The notes under the pieces are model-generated. The model was not told the origin of the DNA, searched no databases, and worked only from the letters and a program-made list of their open reading frames with translations. DNA of 63,693 nucleotides, filler included, from Lenisia limosa (Eukaryota; Protista; Breviatea), in the NCBI GenBank assembly GCA_001655205.1. It is 9 parts of 9 records of this genome, joined end to end, with 100 filler letters (N's around TTAATTAATTAA, not from the genome) between each part and the next. Parts side by side here need not be neighbours in the genome. Positions count along the whole stretch, not along the records: positions 36,433 to 53,705 come from LPNZ01007037.1; 8 more parts are not named here. One strand, 5' to 3'. Shown piece by piece: positions 39,401 through 53,444 of this stretch; the stretch's first letter is position 1; each line of letters begins with the position of its first letter. Made by a program: the position numbers and the translations under genes.

Positions 39401-42400
39401 ACTGACATGAGCCTTTTCTTTTGAGCCTTTTCTTATTTGAGCAAAATGAATACCCCCAGCTTACTTTGAATTAGGCATGTGTATGCTGGAACTTTTCTGA
39501 AAACAGGAAACATTTTCTTTATTATTATGCCTTCGAACCTGGTTACACAACTCGAGCAGCAGAATGCAAAGCTCTACTACTTTGATCAACTAATATGTAT
39601 GTGAATTGGGGGTTTTCGATTATCTGAAGCCAGCTTTTCAACGATCTTCACTATAACTCAATACATGTCTATTATTCCCTTAGGTCTATTATTTATGAGG
39701 GTTTCTGGGTTCCTAGGTTCACACCTCTCTAAGCATTATGAATGATATGAAGCTGAAACTATAAAGACATAGATACCCCATTTCTTCTTCTAGTGAATGC
39801 CCCAATTTTGGTGCTTGATATTGAGAATTTAAAAGATGTCACAACTTAACTTAATTAGACGAATTTGAAATTACGTTTTTCCCTGCCACTCTAGGAACAC
39901 GCCTTTCCAATCAGGTTCGGGTGATATCAAAGACATCTATGTGGTTTTGTTGTTCTGAATTTTATGCTATTTTTTTTCTATAAATAGTAGTTATATTATT
40001 ATATTTTCATCTGTGCCTTAAGTTACACAAATTGTAAGGGGAGCTGAATATTGATTCAGTTTTTAAACAAATTATGAGCTATGCTTATTACCCACGTCTT
40101 TTCTAATATCGCTACATGCATGTATTCTCTATTCTTTGTCTACTATTTCTAAAACCTCAGATTGATCTTTCAAGTGAAACAATGCAGTCCTTTCTTCTGA
40201 AACCTTCTCTTTCGGCATTAAACCTAAGCGTGAGTGGCTTCCTTCAATGAATCTTATTATCCGAACTCTCTGTTTTTTTTATGTCATTTATCCCTTCTCT
40301 TTAATTTTAATTACAAACTTTCTGGTCTGTATTGTCAAACTTTCTTTACAGACGGCTCCATTGCTATCCACTTCTTATCTTCATACTACTTTAGCTCGGT
40401 TTTTCGTTTCACTTTCAATGGGAAAACACAACTACGCGTGAAATTTTCCGAGCCAACTGTACGCACGCCCCGCAACACGACCAGATCACCCTTTTAACCT
40501 GTGATACCACGGAACTTCCGCATCACCAACCTGCTTACCTGGTCCAAAAGCAGACGGTTTGCTCGTGAAGAGATTCATCATGAACAATTCATGCATTAGT
40601 GTTTTCTTTCTCTCATTTTCTAACTGTTAAGACCTCAGCGAGTTCAGACATTTTCAATTACTACGAAGATGTTACTCACACTGTCCTAAAACCGGCTTCA
40701 ATTTACTACGCAGAAGTTACAGAAGTTTCAGGGAGTGCTAGACTTGTATTTTATCGATAAGTTCATCTTTTGTTCGGGCCATACCAATACTCAAGCATTT
40801 CTAACGTAACTAGTTCTACTTCTATGACACACTGTCCATTGTAATTCATGGTGATGACTTCTACTCTCATGACGCCACTACTTCGTGGGGATGGGATGCT
40901 GGCTAGAATATTCAATAAGAATAATGTACTACATATCATTATCCCTTACAAATGTGGCCTCTACGTCTTCTGTTATTCTTTTCTTATTTCTACAAAGAAG
41001 GGCTATTTCATGTACATTCTTTTTTATTATTATTTTTATTGAATATGCAAGTTTATACTCTGGTTATTTCACAGTAATATCATCAATATATCATATCGCT
41101 CCGCCCTTACGTAACTTAGAATGTGCGTACTGGTGTCCGATGTGCATGAAACAGTGGTACTGCTTGAATACAACGTCATCACCTCCACCCTGGCCACATG
41201 CACCTTACAGCCCAATTCCACTGATCCCAATCTCTACTCCGGAGTTCACAAGGTGCGCTAGTCCCCTCATTTGATCCACACCCAAAGCGCTTTTCAATTT
41301 TATTGGGGGCAGCTTATGGCAGTTTATGAATGCCTCACATCGCAGCTCCATGTTTCGCCCAACGTCAACATCGGCATCGAGTCGTACTCCAATGCCATCA
41401 ACATCACGGTACATCTGGTGTTCGAACCGCTCATCACCGAGCCGCTCCCGAGCGTCATCACTAGGGATCCTCTGGTCTTCAGTTTTAATGTGAGATGGGG
41501 CTGTTTGAATTCACATTAAATCAGCAACATTATGAGTCTAAAACCAATGCACACTTTCATTGGATAACTCAAAGTTCACATTGACAGTTGACGCACTTTT
41601 TGACCGACAAAGTTGTTGAGCCTGGCTGCTCAATGATGTGTCAATTTGATCCCGAACCGATTCTACTTACAAACAATATTGGGCATTGTGTCGGGGGAAA
41701 TTTAGTGGAGTTTGCTGTGGACGTTGTCATGACTCAAGACGTTGAGTACTCTGTAGGCTGTAGGTGTTATTGAATCAGTTGTATTGTTTTGCGTTTAGTC
41801 TCCATTCGTTTATCTTCTATGTTTTTTAATTCTATAGATGGCTTTGATTGCCAGTACACGGAACATTGTCATCCGTTATGATAGTGTGGGCTGGGAGGAG
41901 GGAAGAGTTCTTATGTAGTTGAATACAACGTTTTTACAGAAAGTACAGATCTCTAAACAAGTAGTTAGTTCTTTACACGGATGACTAGTCCTGTGGGTAA
42001 ACAATTTGTAATGATTTCAGAAACAAACCTTTACTGCAGCACCATGCAATGTTCTGCTATCGAATTCTATAGCGTCAGAGAGTGGACAATGTGTTTGCCC
42101 CCCAGGTTGGTGTTATCATATGAATATGTGTCTATAATGCATGAACAAAAGCAAACAATCCAACGTTTTCTATGTGTGTAACGGGGTCATCACAACGGTG
42201 CTGGATTCTTTCATTATTGGTACTTGATTAGTAACAAATTTCATTGACATTCACAGACAGCAATCAATATTTTTGCTAGGATATCGCCCCTATAACCTTG
42301 TCGATCATCATCACCACTCAGGGAGAGTGTCCCTTGAAGGCACATACGAATGTTCTCTATGCGGTCCCGGACTGTTCAAGGAGCTTGCAGGTGATGTTGT

Positions 42401-45400
42401 ACGCTTAAGGCTTCTCTTTTTCCCCTTTGTTTTGAACTGCTATCCGTATCAATAACATAGCCCTTGTTATTCCCCATAGCCTTGTGACCCATGCGCCAAG
42501 GAGTTCACTGTTCCCAACTCGAACCATACTGAGTGTGTCTGCGCCGCCAATCTCATCAAAACTTCAGGTACGATAGAGGGAGTGTCAATATTGTTTTCTC
42601 ATCAACATTGGTTTTTTTCGCTCCCCTGAAGTCCTCCTTCAAGAATTCATTTTGAAATATTGAATATGAATGCGCGTTCTTCCCTTTTGAACTACTTAAT
42701 AAGGATAATGATATGGGGGCTTGTGGAGTAATATTGATAATAGGGATATTGAAAAACTGTTTTTTTTGCTTTGTTGATTGTTTCTAAATGACACGTTTGA
42801 AACAAAATATTGAAACAAGCTAGAATAATGTCCACCGCTAACATCTTATTACTGTTTTACCCTCCCCCCCCCCCCTCTCAGTCTTTTGTTCCCAAGCCCT
42901 TTGAGTTGATTTGTTGAATTTTCATTATCTCCCCCAGGCACAGGAGAGGAGTTGGCATGCAGCTGTCCCATCAATACTTTCCTCAACATTGTCGACAGCA
43001 ATTGGGACTGTCTGCCATGTCCCGACAACTCCGTGTCTGCAATGAACCTAGGTGCTGATGCATGCCAATGTGTCCAGGGTATGTTGACCAAATCTGGTGT
43101 TGGTGTTTATATGCATATGGGTTTATTGCACTTTGCATACTGTTGTGGAAATGGTAGATGACAATCCTATCGGAACACACTTACACCTTAAATTATAACA
43201 TACAATGTTTTAAACAAAACAAATCGGAGTGATCTGCTAATATATTATTCCCATTATCTCTGTACCAGGTTATGAGATCTCAAACTCAACATGTTCGCCT
43301 TGCCAAGCCGGCTATTATAAGTCCACAATCAACAGACTGGCTTGTCTACCTTGTAGTGGAGACCTGACAAGCTCGTATGCTTCCTTCCTAGTATTCAATG
43401 GCTTGGAATTGGGAATAGATGTGGTTGTAGTCGAAATCTAAGTGACTCTGTGAATAGCTTGTAGACAACTTATAACGGTATTGAATTGGTATTTAACACT
43501 ATACATACGACGTTATCTTGCCATATGCTGTCATCATTCATAGTAGTATCATTTTCACCATTATAGTCCCGGCTCCGTGTCTGCAGCAAATTGCACATGT
43601 CCAACCCGCACCCACCTCAAAAATGGCACTCTTGATATCTGTGAATGCCCGTGAGGAGCTGGGATTTTTATCCTAGACAATGATGTATCATGTTATGTCT
43701 CAAGTTGTCTATTTATCAGTTTAGTGTTGCTAAAAGTTTCTATTATTGTCAGGTTGTTTTTACTTATGTACTGCAAAACCGGTTCACCACACTAACCAAT
43801 ACTAACGCTATAGTGACGGCAAGTTCTGGACTAACGAAGGGTGTGTGCATTGTGGTGATGGGCAGGTATGTCGGGGGGGGGGGGCTGNNNNNNNNNNNNN
43901 NNNNNNNNNNNNNNNNNNNNNNNNNNNNNNNNNNNNNNNNNNNNNNNNNNNNNNNNNNNNNNNNNNNNNNNNNNNNNTATGCAGAAAGCCGAGTGGAAAC
44001 AATCACGTTATTCGCAATGCAGCGTGACCTCTTTTCCATTTGTAGGTCTTAGTCAATGCAACGTGCGAATGTCTCCCGGGACATACACCTCATGGCACAT
44101 TCTGTTCTCCATGCCCGTTGTCAACCTACATGGGCGACTCTGTAAGCCAGTTTGGCATATTAATAGACTTGATTTATCCTAAAATAATTACACTCATATA
44201 GATTAATTCTATTAACTTCACAGCAAACGTGTCTCTCCTGCCCCCTCTATTCGACAACGACTGAATTAGCCTCACTATCCATCAACAACTGTACATGCAT
44301 ACAGAGAGCGCTGTCAGGTTGGTGTGGGCTTTATGTTCAAAAGCCGGAAATATGTTTTATTTACGGCTGGAATTATTAACATCCGATAGACATTACCCGA
44401 ATGACTAGTTTTCGACAGTCATGATATTCCGCATGATATCCTCCATCAAATCAATGTACATAACAAAGCTCACTTCGCAGCATCGGGCCACCCCGACGAC
44501 TGCATCTGCGTCCCGGGCACGTTTTTCAGTGGCGGAGAGTGTCTGCTCTGTGCCGCCGATGAGTACCGTGGAGAACTGGACATGGTGGGGTGGAAGATTA
44601 TGCAGAGCTCAAATGCTACATTTTTGGAAGGTCTCAAGAGTATACTAGGACATATTAATACTACCTGCAAAAATTAAAGCTACAAGCCTAATGGTACATA
44701 TATTCGGGTTAGCTACAAGCCTGATGAATACATATTGTCGGGTTAATTTGTATGGACAAACCTGGTATTCCATATTCTGACATTGTAGTCCACCAAATGT
44801 TTGAATTGCCCTGAGTTCTCCGAGAGCGACCCAGGATCCACCTCCATTGACGATTGTGTCTGTATCCAAGGTGAGGGGATTTTGAAAAAGGAAGAAGATG
44901 GTGGATTTTTAGATTAATTAATAATGATTTACTCTCCATTAGTTTTCGTTTTTGATCCCCCTAGGATATTACCCCTCTGGCGAAGAGTGTCTCCAGTGCC
45001 CCCTTGGCGCAACCTGTGATGGGGTCTCACTGCCCATCGCCTCTCAGGTTTGACAACAGGCTATATTTCGCGAATTTATGGGCATTCCTACTTTCATGCA
45101 GTTTGCGTTTTTATTTTCCAGGGATACTTTGAGAGTAATTCCGAGTTTTTCGAATGTCCAGCAGGCTTGGACGCCTGCCTAGGTGACAGCAAATGTGCTG
45201 AAGGCTATTCAGGCGACCTCTGCTCTCTGTGCATTGTGGGGGGGGGGGGGNNNNNNNNNNNNNNNNNNNNNNNNNNNNNNNNNNNNNNNNNNNNNNNNNN
45301 NNNNNNNNNNNNNNNNNNNNNNNNNNNNNNNNNNNNNNNNNNNNNNNNNNNNNNNNNNNNNNNNNNNNNNNNNNNNNNNNNNNNNNNNNNNNNNNNNNNN

Positions 45401-48360
45401 NNNNNNNNNNNNNNNNNNNNNNNNNNNNNNNNNNNNNNNNNNNNTAGTACTATGTACTTCTTTATGATATTCGTAGCTCTCATTGCTGTCGTTGTGGTTT
45501 GGGGGATATTGGTGTTCTCAATGTTGCTGATTGCTTTTTATTGGTTGTTTTTTTCTCTCTGATGAAAACGCGAACTTTTCACGTAAATAATTGGGTTTTA
45601 GGTAGTGTTGTTGTCCATTGAAATGGTAACTGTTTTTTTTTTTATTATTATAATAGTCAATTATATGTACATGCCCACTAAACCACACAGGCCCTGCGCT
45701 TTATAAATGGACGCGGCGATTCTGAAGTAAACGTAAAACTTGTCATTGCCCGCATTACTCTTGGAATGCTCCAGGTGGGTGTATTCATGTCCACCAGTCC
45801 AATTTCCATGAACCATCTAAAGCTCTATTCTCCCCCTCCCTTTTCTCAGTTTTTCTGATTTAGAGTAATGCCCCGTTTCTTCTTGAACCCCTAACTTCCC
45901 ACCATTTCACGCACCCAGATTATTTCTCTCTTTGCTCTCTTTAAAGAAGTTTCATTCAGCTCAACCTCAAAAATGTTGCTGTCCTTCATTGCTTTGATCA
46001 ATTACGACTCTGAGGTATGGCAACCTAAACATCTTGATTCATATATCTTCTTGTCAAACTGACTGCCTATATATCCTTTTACATTGGCAGAAATCACGCC
46101 CCGAATGCGTTTCAAACTCCTCGTTCGACTTTACTGCGGTATGTGCTATAGTTTGTGCTACACGCCTAAAGCTACATACATAGTCTTTTTAAAAAAAAAG
46201 GCAAATGATTGGGTTAATTTTGATAACCTGATCCAATATCTATTGTTATCATGGCGGAGTTGACGGCTTCGCACCTCATTTCTATCAATTTTCCCCGTGA
46301 ACATCAGCTTGAACGGTATCATATATCGGGGCCAAATGAATAAAAGCTTCCATGCGTTTGATTTCTGTTCTGATTCTTGGTTTTGTTTTTGTCTATTTCA
46401 TGTGATATAGTATACATAAAATGATATGTATTGTTCAATTATTTCTCCGTTATTCATTCACTAGATGTACACTTTCCGACTACTGGTACCCTTCATCGTC
46501 ATGGCTATTGCGGCGGTTGTTCTTCTGGCTTATCATTTGGTTGCCAAGAACGTTGCCAAAATGTGAGGCGGCAATATAACAAAACGCATGTGTTAACACT
46601 TTTTTCAAAGGAAATTGCTTTTTGAGTGATTGCTGATCTGGCTTCTGACACCCCCTGTCTCCACTGAGCTTACTGCCCAGACCATTCGACGTTACAGCCT
46701 CCGTGCGGACTCTCATGTCCCTCACAATGAGCCTCTATCTGTCGACTTGCATGTCAGCCCTTCTGCCGTTCTCGTGTCACAAACTCGAGGACGGCTCTTG
46801 GCACAGAACTTTTGGTAAGCATTGCTCCTTTTGAAACGCTTTCGGCTTTTGTGTACACTTAATATTTATTGACATGATTAGACCTGGAGACGGAATGCTA
46901 TACTTCTGACTTCTTCGTTTCTTCGATTTTCTATGTATTTATGGCAATCATTATCTGTGGAGTCCCACCTCTAGCCTTGTTTATTCTTTTGAGGTAAGAT
47001 TGATCAATTACATGTATATCATGTGCTTTTTAAGCCATCATCATCATTGAACTACCCGTTATCATGTGCTTTTTAAGCCATTATCATTGAGCTATCCGTT
47101 TTTTTATTTCTCAAAATATCTTCCACTCACCTCTTTAGGAGGGATTCTCGAGGGAAAGGCAGCACAACTCCGTTTGCGAGGTTTCAGCTTTATCCTAATA
47201 CTCATATTTGTATATTGTTATTGGTGGTTTTGAGGAAGTTCCCTTCCTATTTTACTTAATGTTTCAGACTGGCAGTGCTTTACTCCAAATTCCATTCCCA
47301 GTTCTACTGGTGAGTTGCAACTCTTGGTTTTTTCGGTTATGGATGGATACATATAATATAATATACTATAACCTTGTTCTCTCATTTACGAAATTCTATC
47401 ATTTTGAACAAGGCAATGAAGAGAATAAGATAGCAATCAGTATCTGAGTTTTTGCCTTTGACCTATGATGGTCACTAACTCGCTAGGTGGGATCTGATGA
47501 CTTTGATGCGGTCGTTCACAATCGCAGTTGTCACAAGGGTCATTTCCCAGGACACTGTCCTTCAGGTTGGTAGGGGAGCGAATGATGCAGTGTGTAGAGG
47601 TTCAAAAATCCACATAACTGACTCCAAAGGTGTCGCTGATGGCCTTGGTAATATGCATCTACCTGGCTCTCCTCTTCAACTCGCATCCCTACTCCATCCC
47701 AATCCTCAACTCTGCTGATATGTTCATCACTCAAGTAGGAGCTCTAACACATCGATAATATGGATAGTCTTTGAGTAGTAGTTATTATTTTAGTTTATTA
47801 TTGTGTTTTTTTTCTCGTTTTTTTTTACATTCTAGGCAACTCTTTTGGTTCTCTGTATTCTCATGGTCTGGATCTGATGTTTCCCTTCCTTTCTTATTTT
47901 ATTAATGTATAATATTCCGCTGTTCCTCCGCATCAGGAAATGAAGAAGTGCTATGTTTGGCCAAAGAGTATTTCAAAGAATAGAGCATGAACAATCGAAG
48001 ATTTATATGAATAAGAATCAACCCACAACCCCGCCAACACTTTGGTAACTGTTACCAAAGCTGGCATTTTCCAACAATCCTGCCATATGCGCAGCTTCTT
48101 TGCCTACAATGAAATGAGAGAAAGAAAAGACCCCAACAATTCTTGATACAAATTCCTCCAAACCAACCAGAAGCATCCGAGCAAGATGAAAAGAGCGATG
48201 ATAGACGACATATTTCCGCTTTGAAATGAATACAGCAAAAGACTAAAGCTTATATCAGTCACCGCAAGAAACTGGGGACACTTATAAAGAACGGACTATT
48301 CTCCAAATCCAAACGGGTCTCCCGCTGCTCCCGCAGAGCTCTCTCCTGGCTCTCTCTATC
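36480..48360 (+). CDS. Giant surface protein: beta-rich ectodomain, Cys-rich GCC2/GCC3 (ephrin-receptor-like) repeats, C-terminal multi-TM domain
   Basis: CSPCQAGYYKSTINRLACLPC, CLSCPLYSTTTELASLSINNCTC, CLQCPLGATCDG, ECPAGLDACLGDSKCAEGYSGDLCSLC; then TMs ...ARITLGMLQIISLF, SLYLSTCMSALLPFSCHKLEDG, WDLMTLMRSFTIAVV, LLFNSHPYSIPILN. Both ends uncertain. Confidence 0.75.
37996..38073. mobile_element. hAT MITE subfamily A, short copy
   Basis: TAGGGCTTCACTTTGG ... AACTGAAGTGAAGCCCTA. Confidence 0.85.
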
Positions 48361-49088
48361 AATAATCCAGTCCAGGGGATAGCATATTTGCAGATTCAGC
48401 AGATTCAGCTCCACTCGTTTTGGTTATTTAACTAGAATTTAACTAAAATATTAATCCCTGTGTGATCGGAAACGTTGTCTTTTGGGGAAGGACAGTTCGA
48501 GTCACGGGAGAGGCATTTTTTTTAGACAGTGTTATTATTTGCTACCAGTCTAAGTCGATTTTTGACATTCAGTTGACATTTGTCTTTTTTATCATATGAC
48601 CGCTATCAGCCTTGTCCACTTGGTTACATAAACCCTATTGGAGTGAACCCCGTGTAGTGTAGCAGATGAAGCTGTTATGGCCTTTCTACTGAATGCTTTT
48701 AATGTCCACCAGCTGAGAAGGTTATCCCTGCCAGTAACCTATATCCATAAAGAGCCTCCCCAACAAGGGTAATTTGACAAACGAACCACTATTACAGCTT
48801 GTCATTATTCCCGCGGCCCTCCCGAGCACCTTCGTACCCCTGAGTCCCATAGACAACATCTCGGATCTTATGGGCCCTTTCAACAATCGTGCAAACGCTT
48901 TTGACTCACCCGCCCTTCGATAAGTAGTCCCTGCATATTGTACTACTATTGTGGTGTTTGCTGTGTTTCTATATTCAAATTAGTTCCCTAGTAATGTAAA
49001 AAGTAAGATGGAACAGTGGCTCAGAAATAAAAATTAATATTGTACCTATTACCTCCTACTATACACAGAACACATACTTCACATATCC

Positions 49089-50983
49089 TTAGTCCGCTAG
49101 CACACTGTAGAAATGGTACAGCTGTAGGGTCAGAGATGGAAAGTAGAATTGACATTTCAAAAGGAATTTGAAACATACTATAGATCTATCCAGAGTTCAG
49201 GTATAACAAGAAAAATTTATTATGTAGCCATGAAAAAACAAGTATATAAGCGAGATTGAGTGAGAGAATATTTACTAACCATCCCTTTCTACCTCATCTT
49301 GGCCATACGCTGCTATTTCCATTCGACACACTTCGCAGAATACAGGGTAGAAATACTCCTTTTCTCCAGTTTCCTGAAAACGTCAAACTATGGGTAACTA
49401 CCGAAAACACTATTTGTGATTGATTCGCTCGAATGAACTCTCATGTTTCCAAAATTTCTTGCTAAGAATGTACGAAAATGAAAGAAGAACTAAAGGAGGG
49501 GGGCACGGGCTAAGAACTAAAGGAGGGGGCATGGGCTAAGAAGAAACGTTAATCGAAGGTAAACAACAACGAGAAGGGAAGCCAGACCACCCACTTTGTT
49601 TTCCTTTTCAAAAGGTGGCTTGTCTCCTGGGCAAATGCAGTTCATTACAAACATCGCTCGATACTGATTATGGTAGAACTCATGCCTAGACAATGAGGGG
49701 TTCATGATTTTGAAATAAAACTATTAAAGGCAATTTTCTAAAAACAAGATTTTATTTCCTGGGGGTGGCTTTCTGCTTTTAACAAGGAGTTTTCCCGTTT
49801 TTTTCCAAAGGCTATGAGGCCAATTCAATAAGCAGGGAGGCAAAGCACTAGTTTAGACAGTGATATGAGCAATGTTAATGAACAAATATTGTGAATTTCG
49901 AATATTTACGATATGGTCTGTCACTCATTGACGACAACCCAAAGGAACAAAGTAGCCATTCATTATCCTTCTTTCAATTAGAAATATAGAAAATAGGGGG
50001 NNNNNNNNNNNNNNNNNNNNNNNNNNNNNNNNNNNNNNNNNNNNNNNNNNNNNNNNNNNNNNNNNNNNNNNNNNNNNNNNNNNNNNNNNNNNNNNNNNNN
50101 NNTTCAACCCTTTTAAACACATACATACAAAAATATAAAACCAGTAAGATGTGATAAATGAAAGTTAGGTTCCCTGTGATCGAAAAAAAAAAACTCATAA
50201 AAGCCAGAAGACTGAAAAGCTCTTGGCACCCACGGTGAATATCGACAGTTTAACGGCCATTTACGGCCACATTAAAATACCTTTATCAATATAATTACAA
50301 CCCAACATACGGCTGACAGTCCACACAGACGGTGGTGATACAGTGTGAACATGATAGCTTCGGGGAGGGTTGAAGCTCATAACCAGCTGGAAAGTTAACC
50401 TAAGAACTCTCTTCTGAGTCCAATCGCGTGGTGAAGTTGGAGATATAATCAATGAAATTAATACCACAATTTTTCAATCTCAATAAGTCATGCCTATACA
50501 TTAAAATCGGGTGTGCAGAATGGATTCTTTGAATAGAAGAGAATAGACTGAAAACCCTAAAGCTTACGAGGATAGTAGCCTTTCCTTAGTTCTGTGATCC
50601 AATCTTCATCCTAAAATGTGAACACACATACATTTAATTACATTTGGAAGAATAAACCGGTGATTCAACCCTACCTTGCCATCCATTTCAGGATCATAAA
50701 GGAGTTCATCGTTGGAGAGTTTGGGCTGCTTAGACTCGTCATCGCTGTTTTCGTCTGTATTATGGATTTTGGTCTTTGATTCGACCTTAGGAGAGGACGT
50801 GGAGTCCGAAGGGGACATTTCTAACGCTTCTTCGTGTACACTCTGATTACATTGTCATTTTCAGAAATCTGTCCCTTTAAAGTATTATATTATATGAATA
50901 GATGAAAAACTCTAGCCGGTAAGGCAGGAATAAAAGGCTTTTAAAAAAAAATACAAAATTTTATATACTGACTTCGCCGGCAT
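49089..50983 (-). CDS. EAPP: E2F-associated phosphoprotein homolog
   Basis: DELLYDPEMDDEDWI, TTVCVDCQ, RHEFYHNQYRAMFVMNC, YPVFCEVCRMEIAAYGQDE|LYHFYSVLAD* follow the EAPP motif order. Confidence 0.85.
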
Positions 50984-51120
50984 GAGCGGCCGACTTTGAT
51001 CCAAATGTTGTTTCCTTGAAAGAACTTAGCCTCTTTGGGATCCCTTGAGTATTATACGTTTACGTAGAAGACTAGATTGGATCTGATCTTTCAAGGCATA
51101 CTGCTCTGTGAGATCAAACC

Positions 51121-53444
51121 ATGGATCAACTAGTTGCTATCGGGCTTCGTTCCCGTGTTAAAACAGAGTTTCTTAATCATGTTTCACAGTTTTCCGAAGG
51201 AGATGCGGCGAATGTTGCCGATTTTGTTATAAACGAAATTTTTCCGCAGTGCAAGAACGCTCAGGAGTTCAGTATGCGTCTCTTATGCGAATTATAGGAA
51301 ACTAACTCTATTTAGGCGCCAGTCTTCAGGATCTTGAGCTTGAGCTTGCCCCGGCTGTCATCCACCGACTCTACGAGATGATCCAGGGCCCTAAGCCAAA
51401 GCAACCAAAGGAAAACAAAGTGTATGAACAGGGTATAAAGAATATTTTGGAAGTGTAGAGTGCGTTTTTAACTGATTTAGCACTGGAGCACCTTCCCTTC
51501 TTGACAACATTCGTTCGACTGGCAAAGAGAAATCCCCTCCTCGCGACGACTTTGGAAGAACAGAAAGTATGTGATGGGGTCCTAGGAGGCCGGATTTGTT
51601 AATGGGAGTTGCTGTAAACTGTGCAGATTGATTTTGTTGATAGACTGATGTCATCGTATGACAAGTGCACGACAATTGCACAGCACATACATACATTTTT
51701 GGTTATTATTGTGCAAATGATAAGCTGAAGCTATTGTTATATGTATTCTGTTTTCCTTGTTTGGTAACTGGTTTAGCTTTGTTTTGTTTTCCAACCTGGC
51801 GTGTTTTCAAGCAGCGTGGTTTTTTTTCACTTGTGTTAAACATTTACAATAGAGTTGATTTGGGGGGGNNNNNNNNNNNNNNNNNNNNNNNNNNNNNNNN
51901 NNNNNNNNNNNNNNNNNNNNNNNNNNNNNNNNNNNNNNNNNNNNNNNNNNNNNNNNNNNNNNNNNNNNNNNNNNNNNNNNNNNNNNNNNNNNNNNNNNNN
52001 NNNNNNNNNNNNNNNNNNNNNNNNNNNNNNNNNNNNNNNNNNNNNNNNNNNNNNNNNNNNNNNNNNNNNNNNNNNNNNNNNNNNNNNNNNNNNNNNNNNN
52101 NNGATAGACGTGACAGAGATGACAGAAGAAGTGACAGAAGAAGTGACAGACGAGACAGAGATCGGAGTGATCGTGAAAGAAGTGACAGAGAGTCACGTGA
52201 TCGCAGACGTGAGCGTGAGCGCCGTCCGGAGTGGTCCAACCCCACGCGGCCGCAGGAAGAGGTGGGGCGGTTNNNNNNNNNNNNNNNNNNNNNNNNNNNN
52301 NNNNNNNNNNNNNNNNNNNNNNNNNNNNNNNNNNNNNNNNNNNNNNNNNNNNNNNNNNNNNNNNNNNNNNNNNNNNNNNNNNNNNNNNNNNNNNNNNNNN
52401 NNNNNNNNNNNNNNNNNNNNNNNNNNNNNNNNNNNNNNNNNNNNNNNNNNNNNNNNNNNNNNNNNNNNNNNNNNNNNNNNNNNNNNNNNNNNNNNNNNNN
52501 NNNNNNNNNNNNNNNNNNNNNNNNNNNNNNNNNCTGCTTTTTATTATAATTATTATTAATAATGATTTTTGAATTTTAAAAAAGATGTTTAACAAGAGTT
52601 GTGTGGCTTTAAAATCGGTTTTCTCTTTTGTACACATTCTTATTACCCCTCAAATGTTTGACCACGATAGTTAATGTTTACCCTCTTCTATCATTATTGG
52701 CAATTGTTTACCCCCCCCCCCCCNNNNNNNNNNNNNNNNNNNNNNNNNNNNNNNNNNNNNNNNNNNNNNNNNNNNNNNNNNNNNNNNNNNNNNNNNNNNN
52801 CAAAGGATCAAATGCCTAAACTCTACGAAGCTGACGAGGGCGGGTGAGGGGGGCGTAGAGCTGGGTGTATGCTATTATTTTGGTCAAAATAGCCCAGATG
52901 TAGACTTTTCTTATATCGATATGTATATGTATGAGTATATAGCTATATCATATGTACGTATACTGTATAGTGTCCCCTGTTTTGCAGAAAAGCCAGGATT
53001 GAATTGAGTTTGTTACACAAGTATCAACACTGCAGAAATAGTAATGTTCTGACTCAACCAGAGTGCTGAACTATGAGGACATTGAAGCGGAATGCGAAAT
53101 TGAACTCAACACTTCGGAGCCGCCTTTCTTAAAGGGACAAACAGCAAGGACGTAGGTGGAATTGATGCGACTATCCTCGTACCTTATTCTTCTGCTACAT
53201 GGCATAGATTACCTGCTCTCTTTTTTTTTTTTTTGCTTTTTTTTTTTGTAATCTGGTAANNNNNNNNNNNNNNNNNNNNNNNNNNNNNNNNNNNNNNNNN
53301 NNNNNNNNNNNNNNNNNNNNNNNNNNNNNNNNNNNNNNNNNNNNNNNNNNTACCCTTTAGGCTGGACCTGTCCCCGGTGAAGGTTGTGAAGAATCCTGAC
53401 GGTTCCCTCCAGAGAGCTGCTCTCAACCAGCATCAACTGTCAAA
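51121..53444 (+). CDS. DHX8: Pre-mRNA splicing DEAH helicase DHX8/PRP22, N-terminal part (helicase core not in window)
   Basis: MDQLVAIGLRSRVKTEFLNH, RD/RS-rich exon, EIELNTSEPPFLKGQTAR|LDLSPVKVVKNPDGSLQRAALNQHQLSK. Confidence 0.88.

Noticed and set aside
47900-48930. Small minus-strand gene, perhaps Tim17-like
   Set aside because: Exon frames are ambiguous, there are no diagnostic motifs, and part overlaps likely terminal exons of the plus-strand gene.
51807-52637. Long ORFs rich in X (also 29634-30126, 58893-59343 and others)
   Set aside because: They are open only because they run through N gaps.
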